Shown here: piece by piece, positions 38,101 through 47,900 of the stretch
Layout: each line of letters opens with the position of its first letter
Position numbering within the stretch: the first letter of the stretch is position 1
Source: Laetmonice hystrix
Taxonomy: Eukaryota
Reading direction: 5' to 3'
DNA length: 64,000 nucleotides
NCBI GenBank assembly: GCA_965235115.1
Contig: OZ249437.1
Location: 26,536,001 to 26,600,000, forward strand
The notes under the pieces: model-generated
Databases searched by the model: none
The model's input: only the letters and a program-made list of their open reading frames with translations
Told to the model about the DNA's origin: nothing
Position numbers and translations under genes: made by a program

Positions 38101-40880
38101 AGACAGCCGAGGCCTACATCAATGAGGTCAGTTTCACGATGGGGTGGTATTAGATATTCGATACGGTGATTACAACAGACATCTAGAGCCATGTTCAGAG
38201 GTTTTTTCAGTGGTTTTGTACACAGATTAGCATACACAAACAGATTGGAAACGAGATAGGCCGATTTGAAACTTCCGGTTTTCGCCCGTGACCACTAGTG
38301 ACATCTGGCGACGGGTGAGATAAACTACAATGCGCCTATGGCAAGTTATGCGTTAGTCCAGCTGGGAACATCCTCAGTCCCATTTTGGACATAGGTTGGT
38401 AGCCTAGCGGGAAAATATGGCTACCCTGGCCATCCGAGTACCGTATTTTTTACGCCTGCCACCAAATACAGGTCATTTGTCAGATATGTTGTCCTAATGC
38501 TTGTCACGCCATGCTTTTCCTATGGAGGGCGTTTAGTTTATCTCCTGTGACGCATGGCATCGCCACTGACAAATCACTGAATTGTGACGCCATCTCTGTT
38601 TCACGTCATTACTACGGCCGTTTCCAATCTGTTTGTGTATGGTAATCTGTGGTTTTATATGACGTACTACGTTATGTCATGACGTACTACGTCACGTCAT
38701 GACGTACTACGTCACGTCATGACGTGAGGTGTTGCCGTTGTATTTTTCCAGGTGAAGCAGAGCCTAGGCAGAGATTCTTACACCTACTTCAGCAAGACGT
38801 TGGCTGAGTACAAAAAGACGGAGAACTTTGCGTCGTTGGTCAGCTGTCTGGTCGACGTTTTCACGCTCAGCAAGGGAAGTCATCACCTCTTTAGGAGTAA
38901 GTCTAGCTCTTATCATTTAAGAAAGTTCGTCACGCACTTTACAAGAGTCCGTTTTTGTTACGTTTTGATGTACCTCCGAGGTATCAGTTAAGTGTGGCCT
39001 ATGTAAGGCTTTTGTTTGTTATAGACCCACTAACATTGTGTTGTGCCTCCCTCCCCCCGTTTTGGCAGGTTTTTACCGGTTCGTGCGGCCCCAGCACAAG
39101 GAGCAGTTTGACCGCACGTGTCGGGAGATCATCGGTCAGGGATGTGGATTCAAACCGAACCACGCTCTGCCCAAGAAAAGACCGGCCTCGGAGGGAGGAG
39201 ACGGGCAGGACAAGAGGCCGCGACAGGAGACCGAGGATACCAAGGATACCAAGGAGACCAAGGAGGGCAGGGAGACCATGGACACGGTGAGAGCAATGTT
39301 TGGGACTGTACCCGAGATCCACTGGCCCAGCCGCGAATTTTTTTTCACGCATTAGTTCCGGATACCATTCTAGCTTCATTGGCATACAGCCAATTAGTGA
39401 ACGCCAGAGTCTCCCGGGGCGATTTTGCTATGGTTGGCTGTGGTGGACAAAAATCAAGAATGCATCTCACCAAAAGTATAAATCATATATTCGTGATTTT
39501 TAATTTTACGGCCTATCATACCGGTGAAATGTCTAAATCGGCCGGCAGGCCGGACCAGTGGATTAGGCCCGCTTAGCATGTGTCTCCAACAGGATAAGGA
39601 AAAGGATTTGCGCTATGGTTGGAGATATTTCTCTTGTGTTAGGCCATGACTATGAACAAAAATAATGCAATTCATGCAATCTCTGGTCATTCCCCTCATA
39701 TTTCTGTCGCAATTTTAGAAAGGTAGCAGTAAGAATGCGCCCATCTCTACTGGTGGTAAACATCTAGACACCACATCCCATCTCAACCACGGCCAGGGTC
39801 AGTCGGGCGCCGCGCTCTGTGACGGCTCCTTGCCACTAGGTGGCAGTATGTCCGACAAATCCCACACGATCGCGAGGAGTTCAGCAGGCAGCTCGACGTC
39901 AGCGGGGGGCTGTCCTAGGGCGGGCGACCAGGGCGGGACGGACGCAGGGGGCGGGAGTCCGGCGGTGGGTGGTACGGGGCTCGCTGCATCCGGTACGGGC
40001 GCTAACTGTGATACGACATCGCCCCCTGGTGGATTAACGACAGCGCCCCCTGGTGGTATATCGGAGAACCTCGACCCCGCGGCCGACGAGTCGAGCAGCC
40101 CGCTGGCCCTCCTGGGAAGCAGTCTGAGGGAACAAGCCCGTAACTTAGGATCCAGAGCCAACCAAGGTAAGGCTCGCATATTTGTAAAATTACTTTAACA
40201 GTTCTAATATATAAGGTTCAGGAAAAGATTCCAGTTTTAATGTCATGCGGAGCACCTGGAGCTGTTTGTAATCATAACATGTATTGAGGAGCCCTCCCGG
40301 AGATACTCACTCAGAGATACATTGTATGAAGTCAAACGTTTTCTTTGACCAGGCTACACCTGTTGTCTTTGCCATGAGTTCGCCTTGGTACCATTGAAGG
40401 GACCCTGTGGTCACGTCTGCTGCTGTGAATGCTGGAAGGAGGCCATCAGAGTGAGTATACTCTTCCTCTTCTTCCTCTACATCTTTTTTCGTCTTCGATA
40501 TCTTCTTAACCTTCTTCATCATCTTTACCAGCTTCTTGCCACTCGCCGATTTCTGCTGCTCAATAAAATGTTAATAGGAACCCATAACGATAGATGGCGT
40601 TAGTAGTAGTGTTGTATGTTCTTGCTTGGCGAATTGACAGACATTGTAAATGATGCCAGCAAACACCCCTCTCTGTAATACAAGAGAGTAATACGATAGT
40701 TGTGTTCCCCATGGTCTTCAAACAGATATCTCAGTGCTACAAGCGATGTTGTGTTCAGTTCTCCTCATAGTTCTCTGTGTTTTCCTACAGTTAACCAAGT
40801 CATGTCCAGATTGTGGTCAGAAACTGAAGAAAAAACATCTCGCTCGTCTGTTCTTCGCGTCTGGACCAAACCGAAAATAG
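23593..40880 (+). CDS. RTEL1: Regulator of telomere elongation helicase 1, 3' portion (17 exons, 716 codons plus stop; the 5' roughly 500 codons were not found in the window)
   Basis: Exon peptides match RTEL1 motifs recalled from the human protein: [142 protein letters not shown], terminal RING. All introns are GT-AG and the exon lengths sum to 2152 nt (1 + 717 codons). Confidence 0.95.
25070..26045. repeat. Minisatellite, 121 bp x about 8, in an RTEL1 intron
   Basis: Periodicity shown by near-identical ORFs starting at 25308, 25429, 25550 and 25671; edge copies are diverged. Confidence 0.96.
26270..27513. mobile_element. Non-autonomous DNA transposon candidate, about 1.24 kb, with 21-bp perfect terminal inverted repeats
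   Basis: agtgcactttaggggtcccca (26270-26290) and tggggacccctaaagtgcact (27493-27513); no clean TSD and no transposase ORF. Confidence 0.7.
29896..30052. mobile_element. Palindromic MITE (PIF/Harbinger-like ends GCCCAG...CTGGGC)
   Basis: Arms of about 70 bp are near-perfect reverse complements (gcccagtttttcaaaaatt...ggcttctgattggct / agccagttagaagcc...aatttgtgaaaaactgggc). Confidence 0.85.
30098..30138 (+). CDS. RTEL1: RTEL1 41-nt exon ([13 protein letters not shown])
   Basis: ttaccgcag acceptor, G|gtgagt donor; bridges phases 2 to 1; resembles human FSEECLSSLGKAL. Confidence 0.85.
30523..31243. repeat. Minisatellite, 65 bp x about 11, in an RTEL1 intron
   Basis: Unit ttcagtaaacatctccaataaaagataacaatatacccactgcagcccatatctgttcagtaaac. 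Confidence 0.96.
31379..31464 (+). CDS. RTEL1: RTEL1 exon ([28 protein letters not shown], helicase motif IV)
   Basis: ttccag acceptor, CAG|gtacgt donor. Confidence 0.93.
31545..31630. repeat. Tandem repeat, 26 bp x3
   Basis: Unit agtattagacacgttagtac(a/g)gtacc. Confidence 0.9.
31914..32069 (+). CDS. RTEL1: RTEL1 exon ([19 protein letters not shown]...[11 protein letters not shown])
   Basis: ctgacag acceptor, AAG|gtaagc donor, 52 codons. Confidence 0.93.
32226..35503. repeat. Large minisatellite, about 40 units of 84/72/75 bp, filling an RTEL1 intron up to the acceptor
   Basis: Unit gaggtacatggatggtttccgtccag(gattgtgtccag)gtatgttgcccggtgtgtgatgtcccctttggatggtttgtttatt. Confidence 0.98.
35504..35641 (+). 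CDS. RTEL1: RTEL1 exon ([46 protein letters not shown], motif V)
   Basis: tttattgacag acceptor, CAG|gtgagc donor, 46 codons. Confidence 0.95.
35867..35982 (+). CDS. RTEL1: RTEL1 exon ([39 protein letters not shown], motif VI)
   Basis: ttgcag acceptor, AG|gtaaca donor. Confidence 0.95.
36706..36829 (+). CDS. RTEL1: RTEL1 exon ([16 protein letters not shown]...FFKQAEKT)
   Basis: ttgacag acceptor, ACA|gtgggt donor. Confidence 0.9.
36977..37136 (+). CDS. RTEL1: RTEL1 linker exon (MPTPGG...HVPSLKPKP)
   Basis: ctccccag acceptor, G|gtgagt donor, HVPSLK motif. Confidence 0.85.
37304..37425 (+). CDS. RTEL1: RTEL1 linker exon ([10 protein letters not shown]...[10 protein letters not shown])
   Basis: ttttgaag acceptor, GAG|gtcagg donor, phase consistent. 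Confidence 0.75.
37647..37688 (+). CDS. RTEL1: RTEL1 probable 42-nt exon ([14 protein letters not shown])
   Basis: gttacag acceptor, CAG|gtcagt donor; symmetric phase 0, so it could be skipped or spurious. Confidence 0.55.
37892..37960 (+). CDS. RTEL1: RTEL1 exon ([23 protein letters not shown])
   Basis: cttcag acceptor, AAG|gtatgt donor. Confidence 0.75.
38064..38126 (+). CDS. RTEL1: RTEL1 exon ([21 protein letters not shown], start of harmonin-homology domain)
   Basis: ttgcttacag acceptor, GAG|gtcagt donor. Confidence 0.8.
38221..38651. mobile_element. MITE, about 430 bp, with 33-bp terminal inverted repeats
   Basis: cacagattagcatacacaaacagattggaaacg versus cgtttccaatctgtttgtgtatggtaatctgtg (1 mismatch). 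Confidence 0.85.
38659..38726. repeat. Tandem repeat, 20 bp x3.4, internally palindromic
   Basis: Unit atgacgtactacgtcacgtc. Confidence 0.92.
38752..38896 (+). CDS. RTEL1: RTEL1 exon, harmonin-homology domain core ([26 protein letters not shown]...)
   Basis: tttttccag acceptor, A|gtaagt donor; resembles recalled human HHD1 [21 protein letters not shown]. Confidence 0.9.
39069..39286 (+). CDS. RTEL1: RTEL1 exon ([17 protein letters not shown]...ETMDT)
   Basis: ttggcag acceptor, ACG|gtgaga donor. Confidence 0.9.
39797..40166 (+). CDS. RTEL1: RTEL1 low-complexity Gly/Ser/Ala-rich exon
   Basis: ggccag acceptor, G|gtaagg donor; open frame of ORF 39830..40198; phase fits both neighbours. Confidence 0.75.
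40353..40450 (+). CDS. RTEL1: RTEL1 exon, N-terminal half of RING ([32 protein letters not shown])
   Basis: tttgaccag acceptor, AGA|gtgagt donor. Confidence 0.88.
40791..40880 (+). CDS. RTEL1: RTEL1 last coding exon ([29 protein letters not shown])
   Basis: tttcctacag acceptor; completes the RING; TAG at 40878-40880; AATAAA at 41231. Confidence 0.88.
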   Translation, partial: LTKSCPDCGQKLKKKHLARLFFASGPNRK

Positions 40881-41885
40881 CTCTGGATACAGACGTATTG
40901 TCTGGTCAGACATGTGTGCGTGGATCTACCAAGTACAACGACGTACATAATATAACTGTAAAATGATGAAATTACAAATGTGATCAGCATAAATTTAAAG
41001 TAATTGAAGGAGAACATTGATTGTGATGGTAGGGATCTAATAAATTATGAACATAATAGGTTACCATAATAAGAAGAATGTCAAGAACGGCTGTATGTAT
41101 GTGTCGTCAAAGCTGCAATCGGTGATCAAATAAACTGCAGACAGGGAACTTCTTTTGTTGGGAATGGTATTTGGGCAAAGTTCTATGCATTTATTTTTTC
41201 ATGTCCTGCCAAGAGATACTTTACTGTGGCAATAAAAAAAAGTAAAATGATATTTTTTTGTACATATTGTATTCAGTGTTGTTTTTATGTGTTGTTTTTC
41301 AAATGATAAAATTATATACATTATTTGGAATACTTATCACATGATCTCCCTTTTCCCAAAGCCCTCCTCGGCACAAGTCAGCAGGCTGCCGAAAAGTCCG
41401 GTGGATGGACTGCCCTTTTCTTAATGCTACTGTGGGAGTGATCCGGCCGTGGGGATTCTATATTGATAGTCTTACCCGTGACGTCACGGCAGGTCCCCGA
41501 CTTGAGCCATATCCTCGCCCGTCTGCTGACAATAAGACCTACCCATACCTCACAACCTTCACTTGAGTTAACTCTTGTCATTTTTATTCTCTGATATTGC
41601 TTCACCTTACTGAGTGGTAGCCGTAGTCTTATTTGGCTTCAGTTCTAGAGTATTTCTCTGACCAACTTTGATATAAGTTTCAGCACTACTGATTGAAGAA
41701 ACGGCCACCTGGTGGACAGATTAATTTTATGGGTTACTTAAGATTTTTATAGCCAGGGGGCGCTTGTCATAGCCACATAGCGGGACCCAAACTTCCGGTT
41801 AAACTTTCTTGGCAACCGTCGGCATAACTTGTATGGACATAACTGTGATATTCGATTAGTTGTGTGAACGAAATCAGGATCTAAA

Positions 41886-41971
41886 ATGGCACAGAACGAT
41901 CGGACTATGAAAGGGGACGTGCTTTCCTTCGCTTCCGATATGAAAAAATGGGTAAACAACAAGGATTTAAG
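41886..41971 (+). CDS. BTBD19: BTBD19-like exon 1 (MAQNDRT...VNNKDL)
   Basis: ATG in aaaATGg context; AG|gtgaga donor, phase 2, matches the next exon. Confidence 0.85.
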
Positions 41972-44900
41972 GTGAGAAAAAATAACGAGACTCGGTCTTG
42001 GGAGTCGGTTTGTTTACACAATGACGGCAGGCAAGGGACACGTGCGGAGTCAGCCAGATCTAATAATGAAGGATGCTGGGTATTGATGGGGGAAAGGGCG
42101 GCAAGTCTTGCTTTCCCTCTAGCTATCTGTTCCCCCTATATATTGTACACGTATGTGTTCGTTCATCTCTTATTGTTCATGGTGTCCCGTATTGATCCAA
42201 TGTAACACCAGGGGGCGACACGTGCACAACCTTGTCGCTTCCCTCCAAAGATTTGACATTTGTTCTCAGTGGGAGTCGGCCGACCGTTTCTCGTCGATGC
42301 AAATTTTTTTGAGCGTGACCCTTACAAAATCTAACATTATTCTATCAGTCTGAATAGTCTTGATTATACAGAGCCTGTAATTAAAGCGAACTTTGTGTCT
42401 AATGTAAAACAAACTCTGTGTCTAATGTAAAACATAGTATGTCAAGGCTGTGTATTAAGGGTACCGGTATACTATAATTTAAAGGTTGTAAATTGTACCT
42501 ACGTGGGCACAGACTCGCTGCATCTAGTGGCGGATTACAAGAGCACATTGAAACAAACAGAGTGTCTGGAACAGCCCCATGTTAGCCAGACCAGCGTGGC
42601 GATAATACTTTAATAGGGCAGTCTAGGAATAGCCCTAGTCCCCGGGAATGTTTCCGGCCGAGTGGAAGTTTTCACCACTTAAGGACTATGTACAGAACCT
42701 ATGTGTGACTGGATAATTATGCTCAAAAGTTGTCACTGGGGAAAGTTTAACCTCAGCGCCCCGAACCGATGGAACCATTGCATGAATGTAGATGATCATA
42801 GAAAACAGATCACTGAGCTCAGATCAGCAGGTTGTTCTATTCAGTTTCCTGCATTTCAATAAAGCCCCAAGATATCTTTGAAAACCTCGCTGGAGCCAGG
42901 TGCGAGATTTTTTATTGAAACACTCGCTCTCTCTCTCCATCCAGACTGCACTAGTCCAAAAGACATCTTTAGCAAGCAGGTACCCAGGGTATAAAGGTCG
43001 CGGACTGAACTTTGTAGAGTTAGAAGGGTCTGCCAGAAAGAATTTAGAGATTTCATTTAACGTGTCTTTGTCAGAGCCTTTAATAGATAAAGTCTGCACA
43101 AAGTGAGACACCTGGTCTACTGGATCTGAGACATGATGGTGGGTAAAGAAAGGCCAAGAAACATGACTCAGAGTGGATTTCGATCAACTCTGGTAGAAAG
43201 GAACTGTACAGGAGCTGTTCTGTCTAATAAACGTAATATACCTTTAACATGAACCCAAGTTGAGAACCTCAATCAAGGCAAAGCACCAGCTTAGTGAAAA
43301 GGGAATAAAATAAATGGCACCACATCATGATATAAGTGGCTGGCGTCAAGGACATTACCATTTCGAAATCTCAGGGGGAAAGTGGCAGCAGCACTTTAAT
43401 AATCTATTGATTTTGAAATTGACACTGCTTCTGAGGGAATTAACCCCTGAACCTATGCAAGTTCTTATTGATTAGTGAAAAAAGACCTTGGAGATAAAAT
43501 CACGGTCTTCAAGGTAATTATTGATCAGCGGCTCAGCTGGGCGGGGATAAGTGTAATACCTTCCTCCGAGGTGGCCTGCTCCAGTAATGTACGCAATAAA
43601 ATCGATACCTTCATAAATCTCCAAATACCAGACTCATAAGTCTGTCTTCGCATAAACCTGTTTTGTATCAGTATTGATCGAGCAGCTTAGTACAACATAA
43701 CTGAGCTTGCCAATAGGTCATCGGCACCGGCTGATCTCAAAATACGGTGTGAGCAATTCTGGAAAATGTTGACATGAGATTGTGTGGTCGATGTGTTATT
43801 AGAGACACTAGGGTAAGGGAAATATCGAGAGCCATTCGTATTATGAACAGAAACGTTCTGAAAAGACAACAAAAGGCTTAGTACAGTGAAAGCGAATAAT
43901 TAGTATCAGTTAAGCCGAATGAACTATCAGTTAAGCCGAGATTAGTGTTAATACAGCGTACACCAGCAAACGTATGGCGTGGGATTACTGGAACAGCTTG
44001 TTGTGTGGAGAATGACGACCACCTGTGTGATTCTGATTAAATATTTCACTGAACTCTATTTACATATGGCAAAAAACAACCGTTATACGAGGCCTACCTG
44101 GCAACAGCAGCATCGTTAGAAACAGAAGAGCTGTACAGTACAGCAGCCGTACACCAGAGCTGGCCCCAGGAAGATGACGGGGGGGGGGGGGCATATTCCT
44201 CCGGGAAATTTTGACACTTCGTATAGTGCATTCTGACGGCACGATGGTAGAACCACAAGCATTGTGCTATTAAAAAATTGTGTTGTTATTAAAGAATTGT
44301 TTTATTCCAGATTGCTTCTTTTACTCCGTTTTTCCTCTTTACGTTTGTTAGACGGTATGAACTATGTTATTTGATGAATTCCTCACTGCCAGGTGGTATA
44401 TATACCTACTCATGTTCGTTTTCGACTTCCTTGAAGAAAATTTAATTAACTTGCCTTTGCAGTTATTTGTTCTTAATGCATACGATTACAGAATCAAGTG
44501 TCGGCATGCAGAACAATGATTAATCTTTGACATTCGTTTATTCAGCGAAGACGTCATGTAGATGACGCACTATTAATATGTGTTAGATAAACTATTGAGC
44601 TGTAATCACCCCTCAGCTGAGATAAAAGTAATAGCATGTATACAACAGAAATATTATTAGGTAGTCCCTGAAAGAGGGGAGTTCGTTAGCTGAGGGGTCG
44701 GGAATTGGCCTGCGCTATACGGTTATAAGGGGCCGAGGAATGGTCCCCGGAAAATTTTGAAACCATCTCAGATGCAACAAAATACGCAGGGGGTGCCTGC
44801 TGAGCAAATCCCATATTTTAAGCGTTTGTTGGGTTGACAGTTTAGTAGTGGTGGTGATAGGGGCGATGTCATAATGTGACACTGATGCCACATTTCTGAC

Positions 44901-47900
44901 CTTCAGACTGTAAAGCTGATGCAAAGGAAAAAAACTAAGAATGTGGGAGTTCAGTTTAATACACTTTGGTTGGAGAGAAATTAAAGACGATCTGATTGCG
45001 TGAGTCTGTCGATAAATCAGGGAGACATGAGATATGCGTACACCAAGAATCCCCTTGGCCAGGTTCAAGTAGCAGAGTGAGACAGGTGAGATTTGGCCGG
45101 CCGTTATGTAAGCCGGTACATTTACTGTTAACAGTGATATCAAGTTCGTGATCGGGCCAGGTCGGAAGGTGATCTACGGCCATCGACTGCTGCTGGCGGC
45201 ACGTTCCGAAGTGTTCCGAGCAATGTTCGCTGAGACCGGCCCGAGTCAGGGGGGAAACACCCCTTCCAGCAGGGATGTGGAGGTACCGTTCGTCCTCTCT
45301 GATACCTCCCCGGAGATCTTCCTCGCCATGATGGAGTTCATCTACACAAACTGTGTCAGCCTTAACTCAAAAATTGTAAGATATAACACGGCTACTGTTC
45401 TTAACGGTGACCCAGCCAAATTTAGGATGAAATATTTAACCTGCATGACGCTTCAGATACTTCGAACAATGAGAATTCATTTTGGGGAGGAAAGGGAGTA
45501 CTGATGTCGTAAACGAACGCTCCTAAGTGGTAAATGTGTACACACACATGTACCTGTGTGTAGAAAAGGGTTGAAATGAATTATTATGAATAGTAGTTAG
45601 AAGTACTATGTAAACTCCCATCCTGAATTTTGCTGGATCACCCTTATGTCATCGTATGTTTCAAATAGAAAAATGGAGCAATTCAGGAATAACTGAAATG
45701 GAAAAATGGAGCAATTCAGGAATAACTGAGTATTCTTATGGTTAAGAACAATTAATACTGAAATTTTCAGTGACTACCTTTAATGCAAGCTCTTTAGATC
45801 ACAGGGCCAGTATTAGCTGTGGTCCTTTGTGTGCTCAAAGCAGACAAACGCTGGGTAAATGACTGAATAAATGAAGATCTCCAAATGTTGGTTCTATTTC
45901 TAGACCATTGATGTGATGGGAATGGCAATAGAGTATGGCTTAGACGGTCTCCGAATGGTAAGTTTACGATCCGCTGACCACCTCCAGGTCTGTGGATATC
46001 GGCGCCATAACACTAAAACTGTCCTGTCTGAGAAACAACGGGAAGGACTCCATAAACGGGCAGATCAGGCCCGTTTCTGCCTAGGAAATGTTACAGTCAC
46101 GAAGAGAGTATTTCGGTCAACCAAAATTATAACCAACGTGTTGGTAGTAGGGCATGATTCCTCGTTTTAATTTAGACAAAGAAATGAATTTGAAGTACAC
46201 CCACCCTTCCAATACTGATACCTTCATTCTAGCAGATCGGTTCTTATTAAAACTTGGCACCATAATGTCTGGTCTGGTATTGATACATGTAGGCCTACGA
46301 TGTTACTATTGAATTCGATGTTGGCAATTTCTACATTTCGTTAAGGAAGATATTTTCGGGTACCCTATATTTTTTCAAAATGTATAATTTGGGCGTTATT
46401 ATGTATTATAGCACTTAAAGTTAATCCACTGCATACGTTGCCCGACCCCTCCTCCCTACACCTTGAATGTGATTGTCAGTTGTGTACAGAATACATGAGA
46501 GAGAACTTGTCAGTGAACACGGCCGCTGAAACAATGCAAGCTGCTGTCACATTTGGTCAAGACGAACTACGGGACTCGGCACTCGAGTACATCGAACGAA
46601 ACACACAGGTGAGACAGGGAGACAAAGAGAGGTGGCAAAAAAAGAAACGCTTGATGTCATTTCCCATGGAGATGTGCTGCTATGGCTTTGAGCATCTAAG
46701 TTGCATAAAGATAATTCTCTGTTGACGTATAATAAAGATCTTTGCTTAAAGGAAACAACTTTATATTTTCAAAGTAACAAGAATATAATTTGTTCTCAAG
46801 CAGGGAAGGAATACTTCTGCGCCATGAGAAACTTGATGTAGTTTATGAAGCTTTATGTAGATGGATTCGTGCTATCAAATTGATACCTCCTCCTCCAGAA
46901 CGTTTTCAAGTCCAAGAGTTTCCATGAAATGTCTGAGGCGGCCTTGGCAGTCATCCTACAAAGTGATCTTCTCCGCATTGATGAGCAGGACATCCTCACG
47001 AACGTCAGGGAATGGGCAACAGTCAACTCGGTATGTAAAGTAACGAGAAGTCAGGGATTGGGTAACAGTCAACTCGATATGTCTAAATTAACCAGAAGTC
47101 AGGGAATCGGTAACAGTCAACTCGATATGTCTAAATTAACCAGAAGTCAGGGAATCGGTAACAGTCAACTCGATACTACAAGTCAGGGAATCGGTAACAG
47201 TCAACTCGATATGTCTAAAGTAATCAGAAGTCAGGGAATCGGTAACAGTCAACTCAATACTACAAGTCAGGGAATCGGTAACAGTCAACTCGATATGTCT
47301 AAAGTAACCAGAAGTCAGGGAATCGGTAACAGTCAACTCAATATGTCTAAATTAACCAGAAGTCAGGGATTTGATAACAGTCAACTCGATATGTCTAAAT
47401 TAACAAGAAGTCAGGGAATCGGTAACAGTCAACTCGATATGTCTAAAGTAACCAGAAGTCGGGGAATCGGTAACAGTCAACTCAATACTACAAGTCAGGG
47501 AATCGGTAACAGTCAACTCAATACTACAAGTCAGGGAATCGGTAACAGTCAACTCAATATGTCTAAATTAACCAGAAGTCAGGGATTTGATAACAGTCAA
47601 CTCGATATGTCTAAATTAACAAGAAGTCAGGGAATCGGTAACAGTCAACTCGATATGTCTAAAGTAACCAGAAGTCGGGGAATCGGTAACAGTCAACTCA
47701 ATACTACAAGTCAGGGAATCGGTAACAGTCAACTCAATATGTCTAAATTAACAGAAGTCAGGGATTCGATAACAGTCAACTCGATATGTCTAAAGTAATC
47801 AGAAGTCACGGAATCGGTAATAGTCAACTCGATATGTCTAAATTAACAAGAAGTCAGGGAATCGGTAACAGTCAACTCGATATGTCTAAAGTAACCAGAA

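Noticed and set aside
40307-41017. Minus-strand ORFs ([10 protein letters not shown]..., MFSFNYF...) as a separate gene or transposase
   Set aside because: They are antisense to the two RTEL1 RING exons and a pyrimidine-rich intron; the plus-strand reading gives a complete RING with proper splice sites.
42824-43111. 95-aa minus-strand ORF (…LYPGYLLAKDVFW…) as a host gene or KolX protein
   Set aside because: No motif that I can recognise with confidence, no splice or start context, and it lies within a putative non-autonomous insertion in BTBD19 intron 1.
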